Shown here in pieces: positions 51,325 through 60,500 of a stretch of DNA of 64,000 nucleotides; position 1 is the stretch's first letter; each line of letters opens with the position of its first letter. Made by a program: the position numbers and the translations under genes. Source of the DNA: Acidobacteriota bacterium (lineage in GTDB: Bacteria > Acidobacteriota > Vicinamibacteria > Vicinamibacterales > Fen-181); assembly GCA_003170135.1 (NCBI GenBank), contig PMZR01000084.1:36674-100673 (forward strand), in the 5' to 3' direction. A model generated the notes under the pieces. The model saw only the letters and a list, made by a program, of their open reading frames with translations, was not told the DNA's origin and made no database searches.

Positions 51325-52248
51325 ATGGCCTCTGCCGAAGACGTCACACCGAAGCGTTACCTCTACTTCCCCGGCTGTTCGCTGCGGGCGACGGGGATCG
51401 CCTACGCCGAGAGCGTCGTGGCCCTCTTCAAGCTGCTCGGCGTGCCACTCGAGGAACTGGCGGACTGGAACTGCTGCGGCGCCACTTCCTACATGGCCAT
51501 CGATGAGGCCTCGGCCTTCGTGCTCGCCGCGCGGAACCTGGCCATTGCCAAGAAATCGGGTGCGGCGGAACTGCTCGCCCCGTGCAGCGCGTGCTACCTG
51601 GTCCTGCGCAAGACGGTCGACTACACGACGAAATACCCCGAGGTGCGCGAGCAGGTCCAGCAGGCCATGGCGCGCGCGGGATTGCCGTTTCCCGACGGCG
51701 TGCGGGTCCGGCACCCGCTCGAGGTGTTGTTCAACGACATCGGCGAAGATCGGATCCGCGCCGCCGTGAAGCGACGCTGGAACGGCGGCCGCATCGCGTG
51801 CTACTACGGCTGCCAGGTGGTGCGGCCGTACGACGAGGTGGACACGCCGCACGATCCCGAGCGCATGGACGAACTGCTCGCCGCGGCCGGGATTCCGACG
51901 GTCGAGTACTCGTTGAAGACCAAGTGCTGCGGCGGGTCGCTGACCGGCACCATCACCGACGTCGGCAAGCGCCTCAATTACATCCTGCTGAAGGAAGCGA
52001 TGCGCAAGGGCGCGCAGGCCATCGTGACCATCTGCCCGTTGTGCCAGTTCAACCTCGACGCGTACCAGGTGGAGATCAGCAAGGAATCCGGCATCGACTT
52101 CGACATGCCGATCCTGCTGCTGCCGCAGCTGATTGGCTGGGCGCTCGGCGGGACGCGGAAGGAACTCGGCTTCCGCCGCATGATCTCGGGGCAGAAACTG
52201 CTGGATCAGTGGTTGACCGAACCCACGCGGGAAGAGGCCTATGTATAA
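51325..52248 (+). CDS. hdrB: Heterodisulfide reductase subunit B (two CCG domains)
   Basis: YFPGCSL, NCCGATS, YYGCQVVRP, KCCGGS and ICPLCQFN motifs. ATG 51325 with GGAGA 9 nt upstream. Confidence 0.88.
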   Translation: MASAEDVTPKRYLYFPGCSLRATGIAYAESVVALFKLLGVPLEELADWNCCGATSYMAIDEASAFVLAARNLAIAKKSGAAELLAPCSACYLVLRKTVDYTTKYPEVREQVQQAMARAGLPFPDGVRVRHPLEVLFNDIGEDRIRAAVKRRWNGGRIACYYGCQVVRPYDEVDTPHDPERMDELLAAAGIPTVEYSLKTKCCGGSLTGTITDVGKRLNYILLKEAMRKGAQAIVTICPLCQFNLDAYQVEISKESGIDFDMPILLLPQLIGWALGGTRKELGFRRMISGQKLLDQWLTEPTREEAYV

Positions 52249-52254
52249 CGAACA

Positions 52255-52289
52255 GGCGGATGGCGGGAGGCGGGAGGCGGATGGCGGGA
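52255..52289. repeat. Tandem heptanucleotide array, GGCGGRW x5
   Basis: ggcggat ggcggga ggcggga ggcggat ggcggga, between the hdrB stop and the conserved hdrA N-terminus. Confidence 0.9.
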
Positions 52290-52318
52290 GCCCTGAAGCG
52301 GCGACGCGCGAGGCCGAC

Positions 52319-54292
52319 GTGCGCATCGGCGTCTACGTCTGCCACTGCGGATCGAACATCGCCGGCGTCGTGGACGTGAAGGCCGTTGCCGAATACGCCG
52401 CGGCCCTGCCGCACGTGGTGGTCGCGCGCGATTACAAGTACATGTGTTCGGATCCCGGCCAGGAGCTGATCCAGCAGGACATCCGCGAGCTGCGGTTGAA
52501 CCGCGTCGTGGTCGCGTCCTGCTCGCCGCTGCTGCACGAGCACACCTTCCGCGTCGCGACCGAGAAGGGCGGCCTGAACCCGTTCTTCTTCCACCTGGTC
52601 AACATCCGCGAGCACGACTCGTGGGTGCACGAGAAGGGCGCGGCGGCCACGACGAAGGCGAAGGACCTGGTGCGCGCGGCCGTGCGCCGCGTCGTTTACC
52701 ATCGGGCGCTCGAGACCCGGCAGGTGCCGGTCCACCCGGACGTGCTCATCGTCGGCGGCGGCATCGCGGGCATTCACGCGGCGCTGACGATGGCGAATGC
52801 CGGGAAGAAGGTGTACCTGGTCGAGCGGCAGGCGACGATCGGCGGGTACATGGCCCGGTTCGACAAGACGTTTCCGACGCTCGACTGCGCGGCCTGCATC
52901 CTGACGCCGAAGATGTCGAGCGTGCGATCGCACCCGAACATCACGCTGTGGACCTACTCCGACGTGACGCAGGTCGAAGGCTACGTGGGCAACTACCGCG
53001 TCAAGGTGACGCGACATCCGCGTTACGTGCACGAGGACCTGTGCGTCGGCTGCCTCGAGTGCATCGACGCGTGCGTCTACAAGGACGCGCGGTATCCGGA
53101 CGAGTTCAACCTGGGCCTCGGCAAGCGCAAGCCCATCTACATCCCGTTCCCGCAGGCGACGCCGACGGTGGTCTTGATCGACCCGGACACCTGCATCGAC
53201 TTCAAGGCGGGCAAGTGCAAGAAGACGTGCGTCGAGGCGTGCGGCGACCGGCACGCCATCGACCTGAAGCAGCAGGAAGAGGTCCGGGAGATCCAGGTCG
53301 GGACCATCATCCTCTCCACCGGCTTCCAGCCGTTCGACGTGTCGAAGACGCCCTACTACGGCTACGGCACCTACCCGAACGTGTACACGTCGCTCGAGGT
53401 CGAGCGCCTCGTCAACGCCTCGGGGCCGACCGGAGGCGAAGTGAAACTGCGCGACGGCCACAAGCCGAAATCGATCGGCATCGTGCACTGCGTGGGCTCG
53501 CGCGACGTCACGACGAACCGGTGGTGCTCGCGCGTCTGCTGCATGTATTCGCTGAAACTCGCCCACCTGCTGCACGAGCGGACCGAGGCCGAGGTGTTCA
53601 ACTTCTACATCGACATGCGGACGCCCGGGAAAGGCTTCGAGGAGTTCTACCAGAAGCTGCTGAACGAAGGCGTGCACTTCATCCGGGGCCGCGTCGCGGA
53701 GGTGACCGACTGGGCGCTCGATCCGTCGGAGGAGCACAAGCTCGTCATCCGCGTCGAGGACACGCTGCTCGGCACCGTGCGCCGCATCCCGGTCGACATG
53801 GTGGTGTTGTCGGTGGGCCTCGAGCCGCACGCGGACGCCCAGGACGTGCGGCGGCTCTTCAACATCAGCTGTTCGACCGAGGGCTTCTTCCTCGAACGCC
53901 ACCCGAAGCTCGCGCCGGTCAGCACGTTCACCGACGGCATCTTCCTGGCGGGCTGCTGCCAGGGACCGAAGGACATCCCGGACACGGTGGCACAGGCGGG
54001 CGCCGCGGCGGCCGAGGCGATGGTGCTCATCGACCGCGGTCACGTGGACCTCGAGCCCAACACCGCCTGCGTGGACGAGAACGCGTGCTCGGGGTGCAAG
54101 ACGTGCGTGCCGATGTGCGCCTACAGCGCCATCACGTTCAAGGACGACGTCAAGCGCGCCTGGATCAACGAAGCGCTCTGCAAGGGCTGCGGCACCTGCG
54201 TCGCCGCGTGCCCGTCGGCGAGCATCCACCAGAACCTCTTCGAGGACGACGAGATCTTCAGCGAGATTGCAGGAATCCTGGAGAACGTCTGA
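52319..54292 (+). CDS. hdrA: Heterodisulfide reductase subunit A (FAD, multiple Fe-S)
   Basis: Conserved start region (V)RIGVYVCHCGSNIAG. VLIVGGGIAGIHAA FAD fold. CVGCLECIDAC, WCSRVCCMYS, CSGCKTCVPMC and CKGCGTCVAACP. Alternative ATG 52241 would translate the heptamer array. Confidence 0.88.
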   Translation: MRIGVYVCHCGSNIAGVVDVKAVAEYAAALPHVVVARDYKYMCSDPGQELIQQDIRELRLNRVVVASCSPLLHEHTFRVATEKGGLNPFFFHLVNIREHDSWVHEKGAAATTKAKDLVRAAVRRVVYHRALETRQVPVHPDVLIVGGGIAGIHAALTMANAGKKVYLVERQATIGGYMARFDKTFPTLDCAACILTPKMSSVRSHPNITLWTYSDVTQVEGYVGNYRVKVTRHPRYVHEDLCVGCLECIDACVYKDARYPDEFNLGLGKRKPIYIPFPQATPTVVLIDPDTCIDFKAGKCKKTCVEACGDRHAIDLKQQEEVREIQVGTIILSTGFQPFDVSKTPYYGYGTYPNVYTSLEVERLVNASGPTGGEVKLRDGHKPKSIGIVHCVGSRDVTTNRWCSRVCCMYSLKLAHLLHERTEAEVFNFYIDMRTPGKGFEEFYQKLLNEGVHFIRGRVAEVTDWALDPSEEHKLVIRVEDTLLGTVRRIPVDMVVLSVGLEPHADAQDVRRLFNISCSTEGFFLERHPKLAPVSTFTDGIFLAGCCQGPKDIPDTVAQAGAAAAEAMVLIDRGHVDLEPNTACVDENACSGCKTCVPMCAYSAITFKDDVKRAWINEALCKGCGTCVAACPSASIHQNLFEDDEIFSEIAGILENV

Positions 54293-54521
54293 GGCGTGCG
54301 GGTCGGCTGCGAGGCCGAGCTTGCGGCCGGCTTCGCAGCCGACCATCGCTCTCGGCCCACGCCCGCATCGCTCCGGCCTGTGCCCCGCCTGCCTCGGGCG
54401 GCCCGCATGTCCGGCCCGTTCCCGCCCGCCGCTGACCCTTCATGCCCGCCCGGGCTCCGTTTCACGATACAATGCGGTTCGGCTGCAAACTCGACAGTCC
54501 GACGGCAAGGGAGCGTGCGTT

Positions 54522-54938
54522 ATGGCGAAGATTCTCATGATCGACGACGATCCGGATTTCGTCACCGGAATCCGCATCCTGCTCGAATCGCGCGGTCACC
54601 AGTTCTTCACGGCATCCAACGGCGAAGCGGGATTGACGCGCGTCAAGGAGGTCCACCCCGACCTCATCCTGCTGGACGTGATGATGGACACGCGCACCGA
54701 AGGCTTCCACGTTTCGCTGCAGCTCCGCGATCGGTCGCCGGAGTCGCCATACGCCGCCTACCGCGACGTGCCGATCCTGATGCTCACCTCGATCCATCAG
54801 ACGACCCCGCTGCGGTTCGGGCCGGACGAGGAGTACCTGCCGGTGAACGCGCTGTTCGAGAAGTCGGTGCGGCTCGACGTGATCCTCGCAAAGATCGACG
54901 AGCTGCTTCAGGCGGCATCGCGACGGGCGCAGGTGTAA
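54522..54938 (+). CDS. Stand-alone response-regulator receiver
   Basis: 138 aa with AAGGGAG upstream. ILMIDDDPD and LILLDVMMD motifs. Confidence 0.8.
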   Translation: MAKILMIDDDPDFVTGIRILLESRGHQFFTASNGEAGLTRVKEVHPDLILLDVMMDTRTEGFHVSLQLRDRSPESPYAAYRDVPILMLTSIHQTTPLRFGPDEEYLPVNALFEKSVRLDVILAKIDELLQAASRRAQV

Positions 54939-55044
54939 CGGCGCAGCGGAACGTCCCGGAGCGGTCAGCGGGCCGCCCCACCGCCCAGGTTATGGGGTAT
55001 CCGGCGCGGCGCGCGCGCCGGATGCGCCCGGTACTCCCGGTTCC

Positions 55045-56877
55045 ATGGCAACTGCAGGCGCCGCCCGCACAACCCAGGCTCCGGCCAGGTCCCTGACCGA
55101 ACAGGAGCTGATCAACAGCCTCGGCTGGTTGATCCGGATGCGATGGTTCGCCGGGGCGGCGGTTCTTGCCGCCACAGCGATCAGCGCGCATGTCGTTCGC
55201 CTGCCCGTCCCCGAACAGAACGCCTTCATCGTCGGCCTGACCATCTTCGCCTACAACTTCGCGTTCCATCTGGCGCTCGGCAGGCTCGATGCCTTCGGCC
55301 CGGACTTTCCCCGCGCCTGCCAGTGGTTTGCGCGCGTGCAGATCGGATTCGACTGGCTCGCGATGGCGGCACTCATCGCCCTCTCCGGGGGCATCGAGAG
55401 CCCCGCGATCGTGTTCTTCCTGTTCCACATCACGATCGCCTCGTTGCTGCTGCCGCACGACAAGGGATTCCTGTACGTGGCGCTCGCCCCGATCCTGGTG
55501 GCCGGCATCGCGCTGCTCGAACTGCGCGGCGTCATCCACCACGTGGCGCTGGTCAGCCCGCCCCGGTACCTGGACCACGTCTTCATCGCCGAGGTGCTCG
55601 TCTTCTTCACGTGCGCGTCGTACGTGATGGCCTACCTCGCCATGTCGATCTCGCGCCGGCTTCGACGGCGCGAGACCGAGATCGCGGGACTGTACGAAAG
55701 CGTGCGCGCGACGACGTCCACGCTCGATCTGGCCGGGGTCCTCGATCGCCTGTCCGAGGCGACCGCGCACGTGCTCGGCTGCCAGGGCGCCGCCATCCGG
55801 CTGCTCGATCGCAGCGGCAGCCAGCTCGTCGCCGCGGCGAGCTACGGCTTGAGCGAAGCGTTCATGAGCGGCGCGCTGGAGTTGAGCCGGTCGTCGATCG
55901 ATCGCGAGGTGCTCACCACCGGCAACGTGCTGTTCATCGACGCGCTGACGGACCCCCGCATCGTCTACCCGGAGGCGAACCGGCGGGAGGGCATCCGGGC
56001 CGTGCTCGTCGCGCCGCTCGTGGGCAAGGCGGGCGCCATCGGCGTACTGCGCGCCTACGGCGGCGAGGGGCATGCGTTCAACCGCGACGACGCGACGTTT
56101 TTGGCCGCGATCGCGGCGCAGGGCGCCATCGCGATCGAGAACGCGCAGGCCTACGCCATGCTGGCGAGCCTCGATCGGGACAAGTCGCAGTTCGTTCGCA
56201 CGGTGACGCACGAACTCCGATCGCCGATCCAGGTGTCCCACAACCTGCTCACGCTGCTCGAGCAGGGATACGTCGGCGCGCTGGCTTCCGAGCAGGCGGA
56301 CCTCGTGACCCGGGCGCGGCGGCGGATCGAGTTCCTGCAGACGCTGGTGGACGACCTGCTGGACCTTGCGGCGGGCAAGGCCGACGTGCATCCCCGCGCC
56401 GAGCGGTGCGCCGTCCCACTGGCGCCGCTCATTCGCGATGTCTGCGCGAGATTCGCCGCAGCCGCCCTTTCGAGAGGCCTGCAGTTGTGCGTCGATGCGG
56501 ACGACGAACAGATCGTCGTCTGGGGAGACCCGCGCGAGCTCGATCGGATCGTCAACAACGTCGTTGGCAATGCCATGCGGTATACGCCGCAGGGCGAGGT
56601 CCAGGTGCACCTGGCGCGCGAAGCCGATGTCGCGCGGATCACGGTTGCCGACACCGGCATCGGGATCCCGGAAGACGCGCTGCCTCGACTGTTCGAGGAG
56701 TTCTTCCGCGCTCCCAATGCCAAGGCCATCGAGGAACGCGGCACCGGCCTGGGCCTCGCCATCGCCAGGGCGCTCGTCGAACGCTACCACGGCACCATCG
56801 AGGTGCAGAGCCGCGAAGGCCACGGGACGACGTTCACCATCAGGCTGCCGCTGGTGTATCCTTCCGACGGCGCGTGA
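55045..56877 (+). CDS. Membrane-bound GAF-domain sensor histidine kinase
   Basis: 610 aa. About 5 N-terminal TM helices, a GAF region, H-box VTHELRSPI, and N, G1 and G2 boxes (VGNAMRYTP, DTGIGI, GTGLGLAI). Confidence 0.85.
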   Translation: MATAGAARTTQAPARSLTEQELINSLGWLIRMRWFAGAAVLAATAISAHVVRLPVPEQNAFIVGLTIFAYNFAFHLALGRLDAFGPDFPRACQWFARVQIGFDWLAMAALIALSGGIESPAIVFFLFHITIASLLLPHDKGFLYVALAPILVAGIALLELRGVIHHVALVSPPRYLDHVFIAEVLVFFTCASYVMAYLAMSISRRLRRRETEIAGLYESVRATTSTLDLAGVLDRLSEATAHVLGCQGAAIRLLDRSGSQLVAAASYGLSEAFMSGALELSRSSIDREVLTTGNVLFIDALTDPRIVYPEANRREGIRAVLVAPLVGKAGAIGVLRAYGGEGHAFNRDDATFLAAIAAQGAIAIENAQAYAMLASLDRDKSQFVRTVTHELRSPIQVSHNLLTLLEQGYVGALASEQADLVTRARRRIEFLQTLVDDLLDLAAGKADVHPRAERCAVPLAPLIRDVCARFAAAALSRGLQLCVDADDEQIVVWGDPRELDRIVNNVVGNAMRYTPQGEVQVHLAREADVARITVADTGIGIPEDALPRLFEEFFRAPNAKAIEERGTGLGLAIARALVERYHGTIEVQSREGHGTTFTIRLPLVYPSDGA

Positions 56878-56939
56878 ATCTATCTATCGACTCGTCTGGC
56901 CGCCCGTTCGCGGCACCTTTCGCTCCATAGAGGTCGGCA

Positions 56940-57140
56940 ATGCCCTTGTTCGAATATCACTGCCGTGATTGCGGAAAACGCTTCGAGGCCTTCGTGACTG
57001 GCTCGCACCGCCCGGTGTGCCCGTCGTGCAAGAGCGAAGACCTGGAGAAACTCGTGTCGGTGTTCGGAGTCGGAGGGCCGGCCGGCAGCTCAGCCGGGAG
57101 CTCAGCGGACAAGGGTGGCTGCAGCTCGGGCGGTGGTTGA
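56940..57140 (+). CDS. FmdB-family zinc-ribbon protein with Gly/Ser-rich tail
   Basis: 66 aa. MPLFEYHCRDCG...CPSCKS. Confidence 0.75.
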   Translation: MPLFEYHCRDCGKRFEAFVTGSHRPVCPSCKSEDLEKLVSVFGVGGPAGSSAGSSADKGGCSSGGG

Positions 57141-57249
57141 GGGTTCTAGTCAAATCAGGCCGTGTGCCTGAATCTTGGTGCTGGATGCTGGGTGCCATGT
57201 GCTGGGTGCATGGGCGCAACAGACTGCGCCCCTGCCAACCACAGGCCCG

Positions 57250-57513
57250 CTAAGGGCGGGTGGCCCGTTCCATCTCGGCTAACCTCGCCAACACGTCGCC
57301 AACGCCTCCCGCGCACATCTCCTCGTTCGGCTGCAGGCCCACGCAGACCGTGGGCCGATCGGGGCGCCCGTAGATCGCGCAGTGATTGCTGGCGGTCAGC
57401 TGCGCGCATCGGACGCCTGCGGGTTTGCCGTCCGGCATGCCGGGTATCGGCGACGAGATCGAGACGACGATGCAGCAGGCGGCGCAGCCGGGCTGACAGT
57501 TCATACGACTCAC
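57250..57513 (-). CDS. YkgJ-family Cys-cluster (Zn/Fe-chelating) protein
   Basis: 87 aa. CQPGCAACC...C...C...C pattern. Confidence 0.6.
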   Translation of the reverse strand: MSRMNCQPGCAACCIVVSISSPIPGMPDGKPAGVRCAQLTASNHCAIYGRPDRPTVCVGLQPNEEMCAGGVGDVLARLAEMERATRP

Positions 57514-57524
57514 CTGAAGCCTGG

Positions 57525-57540
57525 CGGGGCTGAAGCCCCG
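57525..57540. repeat. REP-like hairpin / possible terminator of the peptidase gene
   Basis: cggggc-tgaa-gccccg, 11 nt downstream of the minus-strand stop at 57551. Confidence 0.5.
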
Positions 57541-57550
57541 TCCTATCGGC

Positions 57551-59257
57551 TCATTTGACCAGCTTCTCGGCTGTCACGAATCGGGGCTCGATGTCCACGG
57601 GCACCGAGCCGAGACGGTCCAGCAGTTTCTGCACGTCCGGCCGGACGACGGCCAGCCGCCCGAGCATCTCTTTCGCTTTCGCGTAGTCGCCCTGCGCCTC
57701 GAGTGTGAGCAGTTCGCCGGTCAACGCCTGGACGCCCTGCTTGATCTTCGCCGGATCGATCGCGAACGTCCCGTCCTTCTGCGCGACGAACGATCCGTTG
57801 TCGGTCAGGTAGTTGAGCTGCATCGCGATGCCCTTGCCGTGCGCCTCGGTGACGCCGAACCGGATTGCGCGGAAGGCCGACGCGAGGAACGTGTCGTACA
57901 TCTGCGCTTCCATCGCCTTGTCGATGACGCCCTTGTCCACCAGGTACTGCAACGCGAAGAGGCCCGAAATGTCCGCTTTCGCCTCCTCGATCGCGCTGTA
58001 GGTTTCCTTCAGCTCCTGGCGCACGGTCGTCGCCCGCCCGGCCACGGTGATCTGGTGCGGCCCCAGCCCGTGCATGAGCTCATGCATCACCGTGTGGGTG
58101 AAGAATGCGTCGAAGGAGACCTTCGACTGGTCCGCCGGCGCGAGGACGACCTTCGAGATCGGTACGAGCGCAACCCTGAACTTTGCCTCCTGGACGTTCC
58201 TGAGCATGACGCGCTTGGCGCCCTTCTCCTTGACGATGCGCTCGTCGTTGGGAAGGTTGAAAGCGGCTGTCTGCACGCCGCGATTGCCGTCGCCCGCCGC
58301 CAGCAACTCGTTGACGACCGCAATGGGCGCCATGCCGCCCAGCTTCGGGTTCCGGAACTTCGGGTCGATCGGCAGGTGGTCCTCGATGTCCTGCAGGTGG
58401 CCGCCCAGTTTCGCCAGCTTGGCGCTCTCGGCTTCGTCGCGGATCGTGATGAACGCTTCGAACGCCGCCTTCGCATTGAACCACTCGTCTTCGTACACCT
58501 CGTAGGGCCCGATGGTCGGCTCGATCGACGCGTCCAGCTCCATCCACGCGACGTCGCTGTCGTAGTAGTCGTTGGAGAGGAACGCGTCGGCGCGCTTCGT
58601 CAGGAAGGTCTTCAGCGTCGGCTGCGACGTCAGGTTCGCCGCCTCGCGCAGCAACTCGGCGGCCCGCGCCAGTTCGCCCTGGTACTCGACGTTGTAGGGC
58701 ACGATCGTGAAACCGTTGCCCGCTCGTCGGATTGTCGTGAAGAAGCCGGTGGCGCGTGCGTGGTCCGCGGGGGAGAGCGTCTTCAGCCACGCTTCGACGT
58801 CGGCCTTGGTCGCGCCCGCCGGGTAGAAGTTCGCGGCCGCCGGCTTTTCCGGGACGCCGGGGATGAACGCGGTGTTGGCGTCGAGCCTGGACCACGGCCC
58901 CTTGTTGATCAGGAAGTGATGCACGCGCGCCTGGCCTTCCGCCGTGCGATCGGTCAACAGGCGCATGAGCACGGCTTGGTTGCCGCCCCACACCTGGCGC
59001 AGGAACAGCCCGTCCATCACCCAGCCGGCCTGGACGAGTTTCGCCAGCGCCTGCTGCTCGTTTGCGGGCAGGCCGGACAGATCGGCCGTGACGTCCACCG
59101 GCGCAAACCGGCCGATCATCGTCTGCAACTTCGTGAGTTCAGGGGACGGGGCCACGGCTGCCTCCTGCGGGCGTTGTTCCTCCGGGCGCGAACACGCCGC
59201 GAACATGCCAGCGACGATGACCACGACAACGGCGAGCAGGATGATTCGCTTCATCAT
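57551..59257 (-). CDS. Lipoprotein zinc metallopeptidase, DPP III (M49)-like family
   Basis: Lipobox ...VAGMFAAC. HELMHGLGPH and EEAKADISG metal-binding motifs. Family call is from memory. Confidence 0.55.
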   Translation of the reverse strand: MMKRIILLAVVVVIVAGMFAACSRPEEQRPQEAAVAPSPELTKLQTMIGRFAPVDVTADLSGLPANEQQALAKLVQAGWVMDGLFLRQVWGGNQAVLMRLLTDRTAEGQARVHHFLINKGPWSRLDANTAFIPGVPEKPAAANFYPAGATKADVEAWLKTLSPADHARATGFFTTIRRAGNGFTIVPYNVEYQGELARAAELLREAANLTSQPTLKTFLTKRADAFLSNDYYDSDVAWMELDASIEPTIGPYEVYEDEWFNAKAAFEAFITIRDEAESAKLAKLGGHLQDIEDHLPIDPKFRNPKLGGMAPIAVVNELLAAGDGNRGVQTAAFNLPNDERIVKEKGAKRVMLRNVQEAKFRVALVPISKVVLAPADQSKVSFDAFFTHTVMHELMHGLGPHQITVAGRATTVRQELKETYSAIEEAKADISGLFALQYLVDKGVIDKAMEAQMYDTFLASAFRAIRFGVTEAHGKGIAMQLNYLTDNGSFVAQKDGTFAIDPAKIKQGVQALTGELLTLEAQGDYAKAKEMLGRLAVVRPDVQKLLDRLGSVPVDIEPRFVTAEKLVK

Positions 59258-59420
59258 GGCAGACATTCCTTGAATGGCGGGGGCCCTATGCCCCGCGCCG
59301 CTGCGTCGCATGCTCACCCGCCACATTCCACATTCCACGCCCGATTCTACCGCGTGTCTGCGCGCGGCGCACCGCGTTGCAGGTCGACAAACGCGAGCGG
59401 ACCAGCCTAAGATTCCGGAC

Positions 59421-60488
59421 GTGATTCCGACACCGACCGCGTTACTGCGGGGCTCTCGCCGGTCCGCGTTGCGCGCGGCGATTGCCCTGGTTGTCGCCGC
59501 ATTGCTGGCCGTGCCCGGGTGCAGCCGGCCGCCACAGTCCGGCGTTGTAATTCGGGTCGGCTACTTTCCGAACATCACGCACTCGCAGGCCGTCATCGGC
59601 GTGGCCGACGGCACGTTCCAGCGCGCACTGGGCGACAACGTCGCCGTGCGGGCGCGCGTGTTCAACGCCGGACCCTTTGTCATCGAAGCGCTGTTCGCCG
59701 GGCAGATTGATCTGGCCTACGTCGGCCCGAACCCGGCAATCAACGGCTACGTGCGGTCGAACGGCCAGGCGCTGCGCATCGTCGCTGGTGCCACCAGCGG
59801 CGGCGCCGTGCTCGTCGTGCGCGCGGACGCCGCGATCCGGCAACCGGCAGATTTCCGTGGCCGGCGCATCGCGAGCCCGCAACTCGGGAACACGCAGGAT
59901 GTCGCGCTGCGGCGCTGGCTGAGCCATGAGGGCCTGGAGCTGCGCGAGCGCGGCGGCACGACAGAGGTGATCCCAGTCGCGAACCCCGACATTTTCACGC
60001 TGTTTCAGAAGAAGGAAATCGATGCGGCCTGGGTGCCCGAACCGTGGGGCGCGCGCCTGGTGCACGAGGCCGGCGGACGAGTGTTTCTCGACGAGCGCGC
60101 GCTGTGGCCGGAGGGACGGTTCGTCACGGCGCACGTCATCGTGCGCACGGCGTTCCTCGACCAACACCCGGATCTCATCAGCCGATGGCTCGACGCGCAC
60201 GTCGATCTCACCCGGCGACTCACGAGCGATGCCGAGGGCGCCAAGCGAGCCGTCAACGCGGAGATCGAGCATCTGACGGGCAGGGCGTTTGCTGCCGCCG
60301 TGCTGGATGACGCGTGGGCGCGCATGACGCCGACGTGGGATCCGATTCGCAAATCGCTGGCGCAATCGGCGGACGCCGCCTTCCGCCTGGGCTTTCTCGG
60401 AGACAACCCGCCGAAGCTGGACGGCATCTACGACCTGCGGCTCCTGAACCGCGTCTTGCGAGGTAAGGGACTGCCAGGGATAGACTGA
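59421..60488 (+). CDS. ABC transporter periplasmic substrate-binding protein, aliphatic sulfonate/nitrate/taurine (SsuA/NMT1) family
   Basis: GTG 59421 gives signal plus lipobox ...LLAVPGCS. IRVGYFPNITHSQ motif. The longer ORF from 59274 would overlap the divergent peptidase gene. Confidence 0.7.
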   Translation: MIPTPTALLRGSRRSALRAAIALVVAALLAVPGCSRPPQSGVVIRVGYFPNITHSQAVIGVADGTFQRALGDNVAVRARVFNAGPFVIEALFAGQIDLAYVGPNPAINGYVRSNGQALRIVAGATSGGAVLVVRADAAIRQPADFRGRRIASPQLGNTQDVALRRWLSHEGLELRERGGTTEVIPVANPDIFTLFQKKEIDAAWVPEPWGARLVHEAGGRVFLDERALWPEGRFVTAHVIVRTAFLDQHPDLISRWLDAHVDLTRRLTSDAEGAKRAVNAEIEHLTGRAFAAAVLDDAWARMTPTWDPIRKSLAQSADAAFRLGFLGDNPPKLDGIYDLRLLNRVLRGKGLPGID

Positions 60489-60500
60489 CGGGGGCGGGGA

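Noticed and set aside
59274-59420. Longer start (59274) for the ABC substrate-binding protein.
   Set aside because: It would overlap the start of the divergently transcribed peptidase gene (to 59257/59338) and would add an Arg/His-rich non-signal N-terminus. GTG 59421 yields a normal lipoprotein signal.
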